Positions 47,026 through 64,000 of a stretch of 64,000 nucleotides of DNA are shown one piece after another. Where the stretch lies: NCBI GenBank assembly GCA_009602725.1, contig WELB01000027.1:829121-893120 (forward strand), given 5' to 3'. Both the position numbers and the translations under genes were made by a program. Position 1 is the stretch's first letter, and each line of letters begins with the position of its first letter. The DNA is from Spirogloea muscicola. Taxonomy: Eukaryota. The notes under the pieces are model-generated. The model was not told the DNA's origin. It made no database searches and worked only from the letters and a program-made list of their open reading frames with translations.

Positions 47026-47878
47026 CGAATATAAGTTTGAAGAATGAAGGATGAGAACCTCAGTTCTTTGTCAAAGCTGGTGTCACTAGGCAGAGGAGAA
47101 GTGCCGGCCCAATTGCTATTGGTCACCTTTGAGCAGCACTTTGCTTGCTGCCCTCTTCTGTTGCTTGCCCGACAAAAGGTCCACCGGCAGCTCAGTCCTG
47201 TCACAGATGGAACAGATGCGAAGTGAGAACAAATTTAAACCAACAGAGCATGAAGAAAGGAGCCCTGGTAACAGCATGTCTGACATATGGGCTTGATGAC
47301 ATAGGTCAAAAAGCTCAGTATGAAATAAAACTCAACAAAAAGCTCAGTATAAAGCTCAGAGAAGAGCTTTTTCAGATATTCCTAATCCTGTACCCTTAAT
47401 CAGCAGCTACATGCAGTTGCAGATGACCTAGCGTAAGTCACGTATCATGATGCTTTATCTGGTCTGACAAGTGGCAACCACCTAACACTTGCTCTTGCTG
47501 CAGAAAGTGTGCAGATCAGATCAATTGTTGCACAGAGTGCAAGTCAAGAGCTATCACCATCACAAATGCACTTTGAAGGAAATGCTTAGCTGACCTGGTC
47601 GAAGCCAGCTGTGCAATGAAGAGAGCGTTATGTGCCCATCCCGCATACTCGCCAAATCTCTGAAATGCCATTCCTCGCAGAACTGTTTAGGAAGTTGCAC
47701 AACACTTCAACAGCGTCGCAGCCACCATTTAAGAGCAACAAGACAACTCATGATAACTCTCTCTGGTACTTGGATTGAAGCATCTGGCAATGCTATGAGG
47801 AAGTTGATACGTTTATATATACTTCAGAACAGAGGTGACAGCTGCTGCTAACAACCTCAAAAAATGCATTGGCCACTN

Positions 47879-47921
<43 letters not shown>

Positions 47922-48132
47922 TGCACCTCGCCCTTAGCTCCCTAAGTGCGGACCACCCTCTCACCCTTCGCTGCAGAGGCCCGAGTGTCGTGAGCCCCAC
48001 AAGCCGAGCGCTCGCTGTGGGCCATGCAGCGCCATGGTCGCCGTGCGCCTGGACGACCAGGTCGCTCGGGCGCCGCCGCCGCGCTGGCCTCACGCCGCCG
48101 CGGCTGGCGGCGGCTGCGCTCTTGGCTGCCAG

Positions 48133-49073
48133 TGTTTGACCCGCTGGACGGGTCGCGCAACATCGACGCCTCCATCCCCACCGGCACCATCTTCGGCGTC
48201 TACCGCAACGACCCCTCGCTGGGCCCCGCCGGCGCCGACTCTGCCACCAGCTTCGCGCTTCAGGTCCGGCACTGCCACCGAGCTGAGATGGCCCGACACA
48301 TGCTGACATGGATTGCTGGACGCGGCCCTGACCGCAGCTCTCTGGCCGTCGCCTGGTCCCCCCTGCAATGTAGCCCGGTCGGCAGCAGGTGGCTGCGGGC
48401 TACGCACTCTACTCGTCTGCCACCATGCTGGTCCTAACGGTCGGCAGCGGCACTCATGGCTTCACGCTCGACCGCGGCCTCGGCTCGTTCGTGCTCACGC
48501 ACCCCGACATCCGCATACCGGAGCGAGGTGAGGCCTGGCGGAGGTGCCATCACGGCTGTGTCAGTCCGTCAAAAATCTGGACGATGCATAGCGGGGCAGG
48601 ACCTCTTGCTAGCCAGTGCACCAAACATATCCTGACGGACACCTTCTGGTTGGCACGCGTGGCGGCGGCCAGGGCAAATCTACTCGCTCAACGATGCACG
48701 GTACTTCGACTGGCCGCCAGGTCTCCAGCGGTACATTGATGCAGTGCGGCAGGGGCGCGGCGAGAGCGGGAAGCAGTACTCGGCGCGCTACATCTGCTCG
48801 CTGGTTGCTGACTTCCACCGCACGCTACTGTACGGCGGAGTGGCTGCCAACCCGCGGTCGCACCTGCGCCTCGTGTATGAGGCCAACCCGCTGGCACTGC
48901 TGGCGGAGCAGGCGGGTGGCCGGGCCTCTGATGACACCCAGCGCATCCTGGACATTGCACCCGCCAAGCTGCACCACCGGTTGCCACTTTTCCTGGGCAG
49001 CCCTGCAGACATTGCGGAGCTGGAGAGTTACGGTGACGTGCAGCAGATATCCACCAAGAAGTACGACGTGTAA
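48133..49073 (+). CDS. Fructose-1,6-bisphosphatase, chloroplast FBPase II type, 5'-partial
   Basis: [87 protein letters not shown]-terminal exons were not found; a single-N junction lies at 47878. Confidence 0.88.
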
Positions 49074-49735
49074 GCATTTGCCTGATGCGCTTGTACAGGG
49101 CCGCCACTTGTCCTTTGGCATTGGTTGCCAACATGGTAATCTTGAGGTTGAGCCCGAATGCGACCAGAGTGCCCAGAGTCCTTGGGTCAAGGCTCGCAGG
49201 TTCGCGCGTATGTGGCACTGCGCTCTTGTGGCACAATTAAAGTGGCAGCCAACGGGCACTAACTCAGGTCAGCAATGACGTGGATCATCATACACTCACA
49301 TGTTGCCACCAGGGGTTCAAGGAGAGCCCCGGCTTCTGCTAGAGACTAGATGACGAGGGTGGCTTGTGCACTAAACCTGCGGAGCAGTCTCACCAGCTCC
49401 GATCCTCCTGGAGTTGCACTCTCCATGCCTACAAAGGCACTCGCTCAGAGTGTTCTGAAAAAATGTTTCTGATAAAATCACCCCACTGTTTAGCCAAACC
49501 CAAGTGGGGACCCCGTGGTATTCTGCCAGAGTAATCTCTTGCCTCCTATGTGGATGCATCTCCACTCCACAATCATGTTGGCATCTGCTTCGCACCACAT
49601 GGGGGGCTGGTGTACAGCCCTTTTCGGCAGGGAAGTCTGAGGCTCTCGCTGACACGTCATGAGGATAGGAGCATCACACTCATGGTTAATGAGTCACAGA
49701 GGCAACATATGGCAGCACCCTGAGCTAGTGAGGGG

Positions 49736-52405
49736 CTAGTCCATGGACTTGCCAGCCCACTCGCGGCCCCGCTTCTTGAGCTTTGCCTGCTCCTTATTGA
49801 ACTTAGACTTCCCCCTCTCCAGCAAGGGGTCATGGACCACATACTGGTTGGGATCGTTGTTCCTCGCCATATCGTCCTGCGGGACGTGCATCGCGAATGG
49901 CATTCAGCGGTGTCCGAAGCTGGTGTTGATCACCAACTACTCCACGGCAGCTTGTCACATGGGATGCCAAGAAGCAACATGCCGCAAGATCAAGACCGCA
50001 GGGCACGACTAGACCCGTGGATACTAGAACAGCGAAAGTGGCTGTTATAGAATCGCTGTAGGCCAGCAGAAGCCTGACCTTCTTGAAGGGGTCGACAGCA
50101 AACTTGAGGCGATGCATCAGGAAGAACCGGTCCCCCTCTTCATCATCATCGCCACTTTTGGTGGCCTCCCTGACGGTCTGACTTGCCTCAGTAGGAGGCG
50201 CAGCTTGGGCCTCCGAAAGCTTTCTCCTGAAGGCGTCGAGCTTAGCCAGAGTCTGCAACATACTATGTACATCAATCAGGCCCGACCTGGCAGCACATAT
50301 TACCCGATGCTGGTCGATGAGTTCCACTAGGAGCAGAGCACTCAAGAACACATCAAAGATGCATGCGAGAGAGAGGAGTGCATGATCGTGCCTCGTCCTC
50401 ACGCCCACGTTGACGTCGGCTCTTCTGCTGCAGCCGGCGCCGCTCCTGCTCCAGGGGCGTGAGCATCTGGCCCTCTGTATCGGCCTTTACAGCCGCCGCA
50501 GCTCGGCCCTCCGAGCCCAGCCCCCTCTTTTTCAGGAGCAGCCTCTCCACCTTCCTCCTTCCTTTCTTGGATGGTCCACTTTCCTTTTCGCCACTTTCAG
50601 AGTCCTCCCTGCCGCAGTGCACGCCAGCCTTGTCAAATGACTACCTCAAGGCACCATAAGTCTGTAGTCGATCGCCCTCCGCATGGAAGAGTAATGACTT
50701 GTAGAGCAACGGCCACACAGTCGACGTCCAAAGACATACCCTTCATCAGAAGAAGGGTCAGAGTCGGAGACAGGGTCCTGCTCCGCGGGCTTGTCAGGAG
50801 GGGGCGGTGGCGGCCTTTGACTATGAGCCGCCGAGCCTGGCGCACCCCATGGCAGTCATTGCATTTGAGATCAGGTCTTGGACTGAGGACAAGTCAGCTG
50901 TCACCTGCCATAAACATGTGCATGCTTTGTGCAGGGCCCTGCTTCTTAAGTTGCACACAGAACTGCTTGACCAGGTAGTCTGTCTGCCGCATTCGCGAGG
51001 CAGCTGTGCGCCTCACGTTGACTTTGCCTGTCAGCCTTGGCGCCCAAGGTGTCACCCCTAGTTCGCCGCTTCTCCATGATTTGCCTCCGCATGCGTGCGT
51101 CGAAGTCATCGTCATCCTTGCTGTCATCGTCACTTTTCCCCTCCAAAGGGCTTCTGGCGGCCTTGTCGTCGCCGACACGTTCGTCGCCGCACTCAGCTGG
51201 CTCCTCCAGCTTTGGCAGTGCATCCTTCCGGCTGCCAGCGGCCAGGGCTTGCCTGACACTCGTCTTCAAGCCCTCCCTCCTCTTCAACTCCTCTGGGTCC
51301 TGCACGAGCACATAGCAACTCAAACTGCTCAATATGTCAGTGTAAGCACTCAATGGCTTACAACGCAAGAACAAGCTCAAGGTTGCTACGGAGGCAGCAA
51401 AACATACGGGCTTGGAGTCGTCGTCGGCGATGTCACCGCGCAGGAGGCGCGGGTCGTCGTGGAGCACATCATGGCTGCTCTTGATCTTCACCTGCACGTT
51501 GTCCAGCTCCTGCTCCTCTTCCTCCGCCTCCTCTCCAAATGACAGCAAATTCAGTTTCCTGAAGCAAACGAAGATAGGTGCGTACCCCACAGTACATCAG
51601 CTGCGGGTCTCGCCCGAATCCCCACAGCACATCGCCATCGCCTTGCAACCCCGGCGGGCAGGCAGAGGAGCGCACTTCTTCTCCTTCTCCTTGGCGGCCG
51701 GCGGCGCCGCCAGCATGTTCCCATCCGACTTCCTGTCCTCCTCGACATGCAGCCCCTTGCGCGGGACTATGTCGTCGAACGGGTTCCAGATGACCTGCGC
51801 CTCTAGCGCCCTGCCAGCGCCGCCGTCAGGCGTACTCGGCTGATGGGCGCGCATGTCGAGGGCGTTGCAGAGCAAGGCTGGGACAGGGGCAGCACGGGCG
51901 GCCATACCTCGACGGAGAGGATGGAGGGGGGATAAAGGGGGCGGTCGTCGTCGCCGACCTCCACGTCGCCCAGCTGCATCATGTTGTAGACGGTGTCGCC
52001 CGTGACCTTGCCGAAGATGGTGTGTTTCTTGTTGAGCCAGTCGCAGCGGTCGAGCGTGAAGAAGAACTGGGAGTTGTTGCTGTTAGGAGCCCCGGCGTTG
52101 GCGCATGCCACCAGCCCCCGGTGACTGAACCGCAGCCGCGAGTGGATCTCGTCCGCGAACGGCGCGCCGTAGATGGACGCCCCGCCGGTGCCGGTGCCGG
52201 TGGGGTCGCCGCCCTGCACCATGAAGCCCTTGATGACGCGGTGGAACGGTGCGCCGTCGTAGTACCCGTCCGCGCACAGCTGCACGAAGTTGCGCGTGGC
52301 CTTGGGCGCCTCCTTGGGCCACAGCTCCACGTCCACGTCGCCCATCGTGGTGGCCAGCACCACCTTGCCGCGCGTCGGCGGCTCCACCACGTACACCGAC
52401 GACAT
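49736..52405 (-). CDS. CWC27: Spliceosomal cyclophilin CWC27/CYP57, multi-exon
   Basis: MSSVYVVEPPTRGKV..ELWPKEAPKATRNFVQLC..FHRVIKGFMVQGGDPTGTG..SQFFFTL, WNPFDDIVPR, LNLLSFGEEAEEEE, HRLKF, DDYVVHDPLLERGKSKFNK. Confidence 0.93.
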
Positions 52406-52494
52406 GGCTGCCGCCGGGGTGCTGCCTGCGGAAGCCGAGGGCCTAGTACCTGGGCAAGCACATGGACAGATGGTAGACGGCCTGCTGCCAAGCG

Positions 52495-53064
52495 GGAAGT
52501 GCTCGCCCGCTCGGTAACCACGAGTCGGCACGGACACGTCGCTAACTGACGCCCGAATACCAGACGGTGTGCGATTGACAAGCCGTTGTGCCACCAGCTG
52601 AGGCTCGACCAGCTTTCCTTCTTCTGGTGCAAAGCCTGAGCCTGGGCTCGCGGGGGCTCTCTCCCCCTTCTCGTACTCTGTTCATTCTTTTCCTCCCTGA
52701 TCCAGCATCTGGCCCGGCTGGTTGATGCGCGTCGTCGAAGTCGGGGGGGCAGCTTGGGCCACTCCAGCATTCCGCAGGCCTTAGTTGCATATCATAGAAT
52801 GCGGCTCTCGCTTAGTTTGCAGCGCTCGCAAGCATTGGCTCTTCATCAACGTGCAGGGCGCGCTCTAAGTCAGGCCTCCGGCTTTCGTGGCGGCGCTCCA
52901 GCTCCCCAAGTTAGCTTGTCAGATTTGTTTGTGCTCACCCGTGGGTACTAATGTCATCTTAGGTACTTTAGATTAGGTCTCCGTATTATGTAGCATTGTT
53001 TAGTCTGCACTCGACTCTGCCTGAACAATGTATTGGCTTGAATTGGCCTCCCTTTCAATTCATG
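52495..53064. mobile_element. Back-to-back CRE-like fragments: family A/B chimera (minus, 52495-52650), family B UTR piece (plus, ~52658-52692) and family D end (plus, 52760-53064)
   Basis: Minus strand GIRASVSDVSVPTRGY joined to GGGCGAGCACTT. Plus strand YHRMRLSLSLQRSQALALHQRAGRAL..SDLFVLTRGY*. Confidence 0.88.
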
Positions 53065-54623
<1,559 letters not shown>

Positions 54624-55368
54624 ATTGCGGGGCGTGTGCTGCTCCACCTAGATGGCAGGGACATGCACCCGCAGCTGCTCTTGGTCTGGTCACGATTGCC
54701 CTCCCTCACTCCCTGCCCTTGGTTGCATTTACCATGCGCCTCCCTTCAAAGGCGCCGCTGAGCAGCCCTCTCAAGTCCTCACTGAATACTCTCCCTGGAA
54801 AGCCACGCTCCCGTGTGCATGTGCACTTGACGACCTACATTCTTAGACTCACTCTCAAAACCGCTGCTCGTCCTGTGTATGTATGAGCAGCGCTTGGCAT
54901 ATTTTCGCTACAGATCAATTGTCCTGGACAGGTAGCCAGGTTGCTGAGATGCCTCTGTGTGATTGCCTTTCTGCTCTGATTTAAGCTTCCTTACAACGGC
55001 CCACAGAGAGCTGCATGTCATGTACTGGGGCTGGGCCATGCAGTGTCACTCGATGGCCCATATTTGACGATCAGGTGGCCAGCAATCTCCACTTGACACT
55101 GCCTCCAGCCGCCGCTGCTGGGCAGCATGCACTCAATGCGATGGAGGGTGTAGAAAGCTTCGCTCCATAGAATGACGTGGCTGGCTGTTAGGTTTAGCAA
55201 TGCATTTGCTGGCAAGAATATGAGTAACATAACAAGTGGATATGGCATACAAATAGGAGGCAGCACTCTCCAGGAGGCAGTTGCATAGGGCGAGCGAGCT
55301 GCATCGAGACGAGCTTGAGCTCGTCACGGCACGACGGGAAGCTGTACAGAGTGGGCAGAGGGCCCACG

Positions 55369-59007
<3,639 letters not shown>

Positions 59008-59127
59008 GGCCAGATGCCCGGGGGCGGCTCCTCCGGAGCCCTAAAAACAAGGCCGACCTAGTTCAGCGCACCGGCCCGCGGCCCTCGGCTGTCCGCCTGC
59101 AGGCCCCTGCCCCTCTCCGCGCCCCCC

Positions 59128-61976
59128 ATGGCGCCCCCGCTGCGCCTGCCGCTGCTGCTCGCGCCGCCGCCGCTGCTGCTGCTGCTGCTGCTGCTGCCGC
59201 TGCTGCTGCTCCCGGCGCCGGGCGCGGCCCCCTCGCCCACCCAGCCGCATCGCCTCCCGCTGTGGCGCGCTCTCTGGCGCCCGCCCGCCATCCGCTACGA
59301 CGACTGTGTGCCGCAACGAGTGCCAGGTGCGGGCCTTGCGGGCTCGGCGCCGGGGGAGGCGAGCGCCAGCTCCAGCACCGCCCGCGCCGCAGCAGGCTCA
59401 CCAGGCGGCGGCGGGGCGCTGGGGCAGTGCCGGGCGTGGGCGAGCTGACGCTGGCGGAGAAGGTGGGCCAGATGGCGCAGGTGAACCAGTACGTCCTGGG
59501 CGCCGGCGCCGACGTCGCCGCCTACGCCCTCGGCTCCGCCCTCAGGTCCCTCCGCCTTCCGAGGAACCGCCGCAGCAACCCCAGCCGCTGCGCCGCGCCT
59601 GATGCCTTGGCGCCCGCGCCCGCGCCGTGGTGATCCAGCGGCGGCGGTGGCGCGCCGCTGTCGGGCAACCGCGCGGAGGACTGGGCGGCCATGGTGGACG
59701 GCCTGCAGGCGCAGGCCGGCCGCACGCGCCTCCGCATCCCCCTTCTGTGGGGCATCGACGCCGTCCACGGTCCGGCTTTCCCGCCACCGCACCACGACGC
59801 TGCTGCCCGATCACGCAGCCGGCTGCCTTCTGACCTGCGCTGCCCGGCTCGCCTCTGCGCCGGGGGCAGGCCACAACAACGTGTACGGCGCCACGCTCTT
59901 TCCGCACCGTGTTGGGCTGGGCGCCACCCGCAACCCCCAGCTCGTGGCAGCTGTCGCGGCAGCGTCTGCGAGGGTGAGGCGGCGCACGCCACCCCGCCGC
60001 TGGCACACTTGGACCAACCCTGCCGGGAGCAGTGATGTGGGAAGCTGCGGCGGGCGTGCAGGAGGTGGTGGCGACCGGCATACGGTGGACCTTTGCGCCG
60101 GCGGTGTCAGTATGCCGAGACCCCCGCTGGGGGCGCTGCTATGAGAGTTTCAGTGAGCACACTGGCATCGTCAACGCCCTCACCGCCGAGATCCTTGGTT
60201 ACCAGGTCTCACCACCAGCAGCTGCTTGACTTTTAGCAGCAGGCAGGTGGGCGCGGCCTCTGAATCGGGCCAAGACAGGTGCTTTGTGGCTGGATGGCCT
60301 GATCCGAAGGGGCGGGTTTGCAGGAATGGAGCAGTGACGTGAGTGACCCCACGTCCGCGCTCCCTGGCAATGTCCTGGTTGCGGCCACCGCCAAGCACTA
60401 CATTGGTGACGGTGGCACAACTGGGGGCCACGATCAGGGCGACACCGAGGTCAGCGAGGAGGAGCTGCGGCGTGTGCACCTGCCACCATATGTGCACGCC
60501 GTGAGGCATGGCGTGTCGGCGCTCATGGTGAGCTACAGCAGCTGGAACGGCTTCAAGATGCACGGCAGCCGCTACCTCATCACGGACGTGCTCAAGAGGG
60601 AGCTCAACTTCTCCGGCCTCGTCGTCTCCGACTGGGCGGCAATCCAGCAGCTGCCTGGCAACTGGACGTCGCAGGTTCGCAGGCACTGTCCCCTAGCTCG
60701 TGACGCGTTCATTGTGAATCGCCCTTGTTGTGGAGCTTGGCAGCTGGACAACCAAGCTGATGGTGCTATAGTGCGGTCAGGTGCGCACAGCCATCAATGC
60801 GGGCATTGACATGGTCATGGTGCCGGACACATATAAGGAGTTTATTGAGACTCTCATTGAGGAGGTAAGGGCAGGGAACGTGGCCCTGGAGAGGATAGAC
60901 GACGCAGTGAGTCGCATCCTGGCCATGAAGCGCAGGCTGGGGCTTTTTGAGAATGCCTGCTCCAACCGCAAGCTGTTGCCGCTGCTGGGAGCCAAGCCGC
61001 ACCGAGCGCTCGCCCGCAGGTTTGTGTTAATCTGCGGCCCACGTTGCATCACAGCACTGCCGTAACGTAGTGGTAGTCGCCAGTCTAGTGGGCCACCATT
61101 GGCCTGCCTCGCTTGACAGTACCCTTTCAGCCTGACCTCCGCTGCTCCAGAGCCGTGCGCGAGTCGCTTGTGCTGCTCAAGAACGAAAGAAGGGATGGGG
61201 GCGGCACACTGTTCCCACTTGTGAGCAAGCGAGGAACGAGGGTGCTGGTGACGGGCTCGCACGCGAATGACATCGGCCTCCAGTGTGGCGGCTGGTCCAT
61301 CTACTGGCAGGGCCTTCCAGGGCCCATCACTCCCGGTTGGCTCCTCCCACCCTCCTGCTTCTCATCGTGCTGCCCGCGCTCCACGTGCCTGGCTGACTGT
61401 CAATCTCCTGTGTGCATACGCTGCCCACTACACGCAGGCAAGACTGTGCTTGATGGCATCACGGCCGTCCTGGATGGAAGTGAGTCGAGGATGAGGCATA
61501 TGCGGCTCCCGAGGGAGGGTGAGCAAGGAGACCTGGGAATTGTGATCGTTGGTGAGCAGCCGTATGCGGAGTATTTCGGGGACGACCCTAAGCTTGTCTT
61601 GGATGCGGCTGCCGAGACAGCCATTCTTGTGGTCTGCCAAGCCATGCCGTGTGTTGTGGTACTCCTCTCGGGGCGGCCGCTGACGGTTGAGCACCTCCTG
61701 CCGCATATTGACGTCCTGGTTGCCGCTTGGCTCCCTGGCACCGAGGGCGATGGCATTGCCGAAGTCCTACTTGGTGATGGCCACGACTTCGCAGGCCGCT
61801 TGCCAGTGTCATGGTTCCGCAATGTCTCTCAGTTACCAATGTCGGCGGGAAGCGCCCACTACGATCCGCTCTTCCCACTCGGCTTCGGCCTCACCAAGAG
61901 CGGTCACCGTCTGCCCATGGAGCCGCTGCTGCTGGCTGACCGAGCTGGTCATGCAGCTCAGCTACTTGTCGTGTAG
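59128..61976 (+). CDS. Glycoside hydrolase family 3 beta-glucosidase / beta-D-glucan exohydrolase, secreted, multi-exon
   Basis: LTLAEKVGQMAQ, IPLLWGIDAVHG|HNN..ATLFPH, CRDPRWGRCYES, AKHYIGDGGT, GLVVSDW (nucleophile), GIDMVMVP, ESLVLLKN, VGEQPYAE, AWLPGTEG, YDPLFPLGFGL. Confidence 0.93.
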
Positions 61977-62474
61977 AAGTCACCGCGGCACTTGGGGTCG
62001 GCCTTCTCTGGGGCCAGCTTGTGCCCGGGCAAGCGTGAGGGGCAGTCTGCTGGGTATGCTGCTCTCTCTGTAAGTTATCAATCAATTTCCTCTGGCTGCG
62101 GATTGGTCACCAAGCCCTTGTTGGGGGTGTTGTTAGGACTGTATTCACGCAGCTCAATCTGCTGATTTGCAAGCTCTCCAGGTCAAGGCAGGCCTCAAGC
62201 AGCGCGGCCAAAAAGTCTGGAGGTAGCTGGATCTTATAAGTGCGTGCAGACTAAAAAAATATCGTCTGTGGACGAGCATCTCTGATCCATGGTCGATGGT
62301 CCTTGCCGTGGCCTCATGCCTAGGTGCACCTAGGCGTCCTGAGCAGTGCTATCTCTTAGCAACTTTCTTGAAGGGCGGCCGCAATATCAAACCCCTTCAA
62401 ACTCCCTGTTTGTACAGTGGCCCGGATTGGACTTGAAACTCTATATGCTAGCCGATCACAGCAGTCTTGCTCCT

Positions 62475-63671
62475 TCACGGTGAGAAAGGCACGCCGGCCT
62501 CCCTGAGCACCTCCTCGAACTTGAAATCAGCGCTGGCCTTATTGAACGTCGTCACATGGCGGTACTTGTTGTCCTCAAGGAAGAAGGCGTGCGCATCCTT
62601 GAGCAGCGCCTTTGCCTGCAGAAGTGACCACATCATGGTCACGACAAGGGATTGATGGCCGTCTGCAAAAACTCTCTTGAGGCCGGTGGTCCAGCTGGCC
62701 AGCCAGGGAGTTGCTGCCTCTTTGTGCACCTCGTCGTCGTTCAGCTTGCTGGGCAGCACGACATCCCCGCGCACGAGTACAAGGCCCTTGGTGTCAGCCA
62801 GGTCCTTGTAGTGCGAGACGGTCATGTACGGCGTCGCTTGCGGGCCCAGCGCTTTGTAGTCCTCGAGGCCCGTGAAGAGCAGGTGCGGCATCTGCGCTAC
62901 AACACACCCTCGCGCGCTGCTATGCTTGTTGGTTGTGCATGGCTGGGTGGGCGGCGCAGGCGCCCTTGGGGCAGCCCCTCGAGCGCACAACCAAGAGGGC
63001 CGCCAGCCGAGCCCGGGTTACCGCACGACGGCACAGCGGGTGAGCATGGGGGGTGGAGAGGGGCGGACCGACCCTGGAGCAGCATGGTGATGAAGCCGCG
63101 CTCCTTGCGCACTGGCAGCACGAACAGCGGGCTGCAGGCAGCGACGCGCGCGTGAAATGAAGCCTCGGGGTGGCTCGTAGCGTCAAGGCTAAGAAACAGA
63201 TTGTGAGATGAGTGACGGAGGGCCTGAGTGGCCAAGTACAAAGGCAAGCACCTTGATGGATGTACATCACCTGCTGCTCAAGACAGGCGAGGTTGCCATT
63301 CCAAGTCTCTTACCTCCAGGATCCCACGAACAGCCCAAGAGCAGGCCGGGCGCGGCAGCTGCATTTGAGGCTCACCAGCGCGTGGCGCGGTCGGCGAGCG
63401 TGGCGAAGAGGCGCGCGGCCATGACGGCGCTCACGTGGCCGCGGCCGAGGTGGTAGTCCTGCCAGATGGCCGCAATCTCCTCGGCCGTCTTGCCCGCCAC
63501 CGCCTCCAGCTTGATGATGGCGTCCAGGCTCTTGGGCGCCGGCATCGAGAACCCGCTCGCAAACTGCCCGCCGCCCGCGCCCACGGCGCTCCCGCGAGCG
63601 GCGCCGCGCGCTCGCCAGGGGCTTAGCCCGCGCCGCCCGGCGGCCACGGCCAAGGCCGCGGCGGCCGCCAT
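62475..63671 (-). CDS. ATP11: Mitochondrial F1-ATPase assembly factor ATP11/ATPAF1, 4 exons
   Basis: PKSLDAIIKLE..EEIAAIWQDYH, PLFVLPVRKERGFITML, LFTGLEDYK..ATPYMTVSHYKDLADTKGLVLVRGD, YRHVTTFNK..FKFEEVL. Confidence 0.9.
63200..63280 (-). mobile_element. Family A UTR fragment in ATP11 intron 1
   Basis: AGCAGCAGGTGATGTACA..GTGCTTGCCTTTGTACTTGGCCAC. Confidence 0.75.
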
Positions 63672-64000
63672 GAAAATGCGTGTATATTAAGAGATGGGGA
63701 GGCCGTGTGTGGCCAAGTACAAAGGCAAGCACATTGGACAAATGTACGTCACCTGCTGCTAAGCTGACCCGCTCAGTAACCACGAGTCAGCACATAGAGG
63801 TCGCTAGCTGACGCTCGAATACCGGACGGCAATTGACTAGCTCTTGTGCCAGCAGCTAAGGCTCGACCAGCTTTCTGATGCAGAGCACACGCCTGAGCTC
63901 GTTGCAGACAGGTTGACACTCGACGTCGCAGAAATGACAGATAGGCTGCCGGCATACCCATCTGGGCTGGGAGCATATCCTGAGTCTGGGATATGCACGA
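63672..64000 (-). mobile_element. CRE-like family A 3' end (may continue beyond the window)
   Basis: FLRRRVSTCLQRAQACALHQKAGRALAAG..SDLYVLTRGY* plus a complete UTR ending TACACGCATTTTC. Confidence 0.9.

Noticed and set aside
47879..47920. (CCG)n tract as a functional repeat
   Set aside because: It lies directly at a single-N scaffold junction, so its length is unreliable.
59410..59460. Frameshift making the GH3 gene a pseudogene
   Set aside because: A phase-compatible GT-AG intron (~59327-59427) resolves the frame, and all catalytic motifs are intact.

Overview
This is eukaryotic, intron-rich DNA from the green-plant lineage. A streptophyte alga is most likely, inferred from plant-type genes, short introns and very GC-rich first exons. 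It comes from a gapped scaffold with three N-runs, two single-N junctions and two artefactual poly-A tracts. Host genes are: an Ole e 1/root-cap secreted protein, a head-to-head inverted pair of frameshifted LRR + cysteine-rich genes, FREE1, a JmjC protein lacking two of three metal ligands, a 5'-truncated SDR, a chloroplast FBPase II-type gene, CWC27/CYP57, an HMA-like protein, IRE1, a GH3 glucosidase and ATP11. The most striking signal is dozens of short 5'-truncated 3' ends from at least 6 families of restriction-like-endonuclease (CRE-like) non-LTR retrotransposons. Their ORFs end in a variant of SDLxxL[TS]RGY*, and several share a terminal GGGCTGG/CCAGCC stem-loop. These fragments pile up as nested, chimeric and twin-primed mosaics just upstream of host start codons, usually co-oriented with the gene; one ends at the base before the ATP11 ATG. 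A solo LTR with a 5-bp target-site duplication (TSD) is also present. Exon boundaries were read by eye, repeat coordinates are approximate, and no database searches were run.
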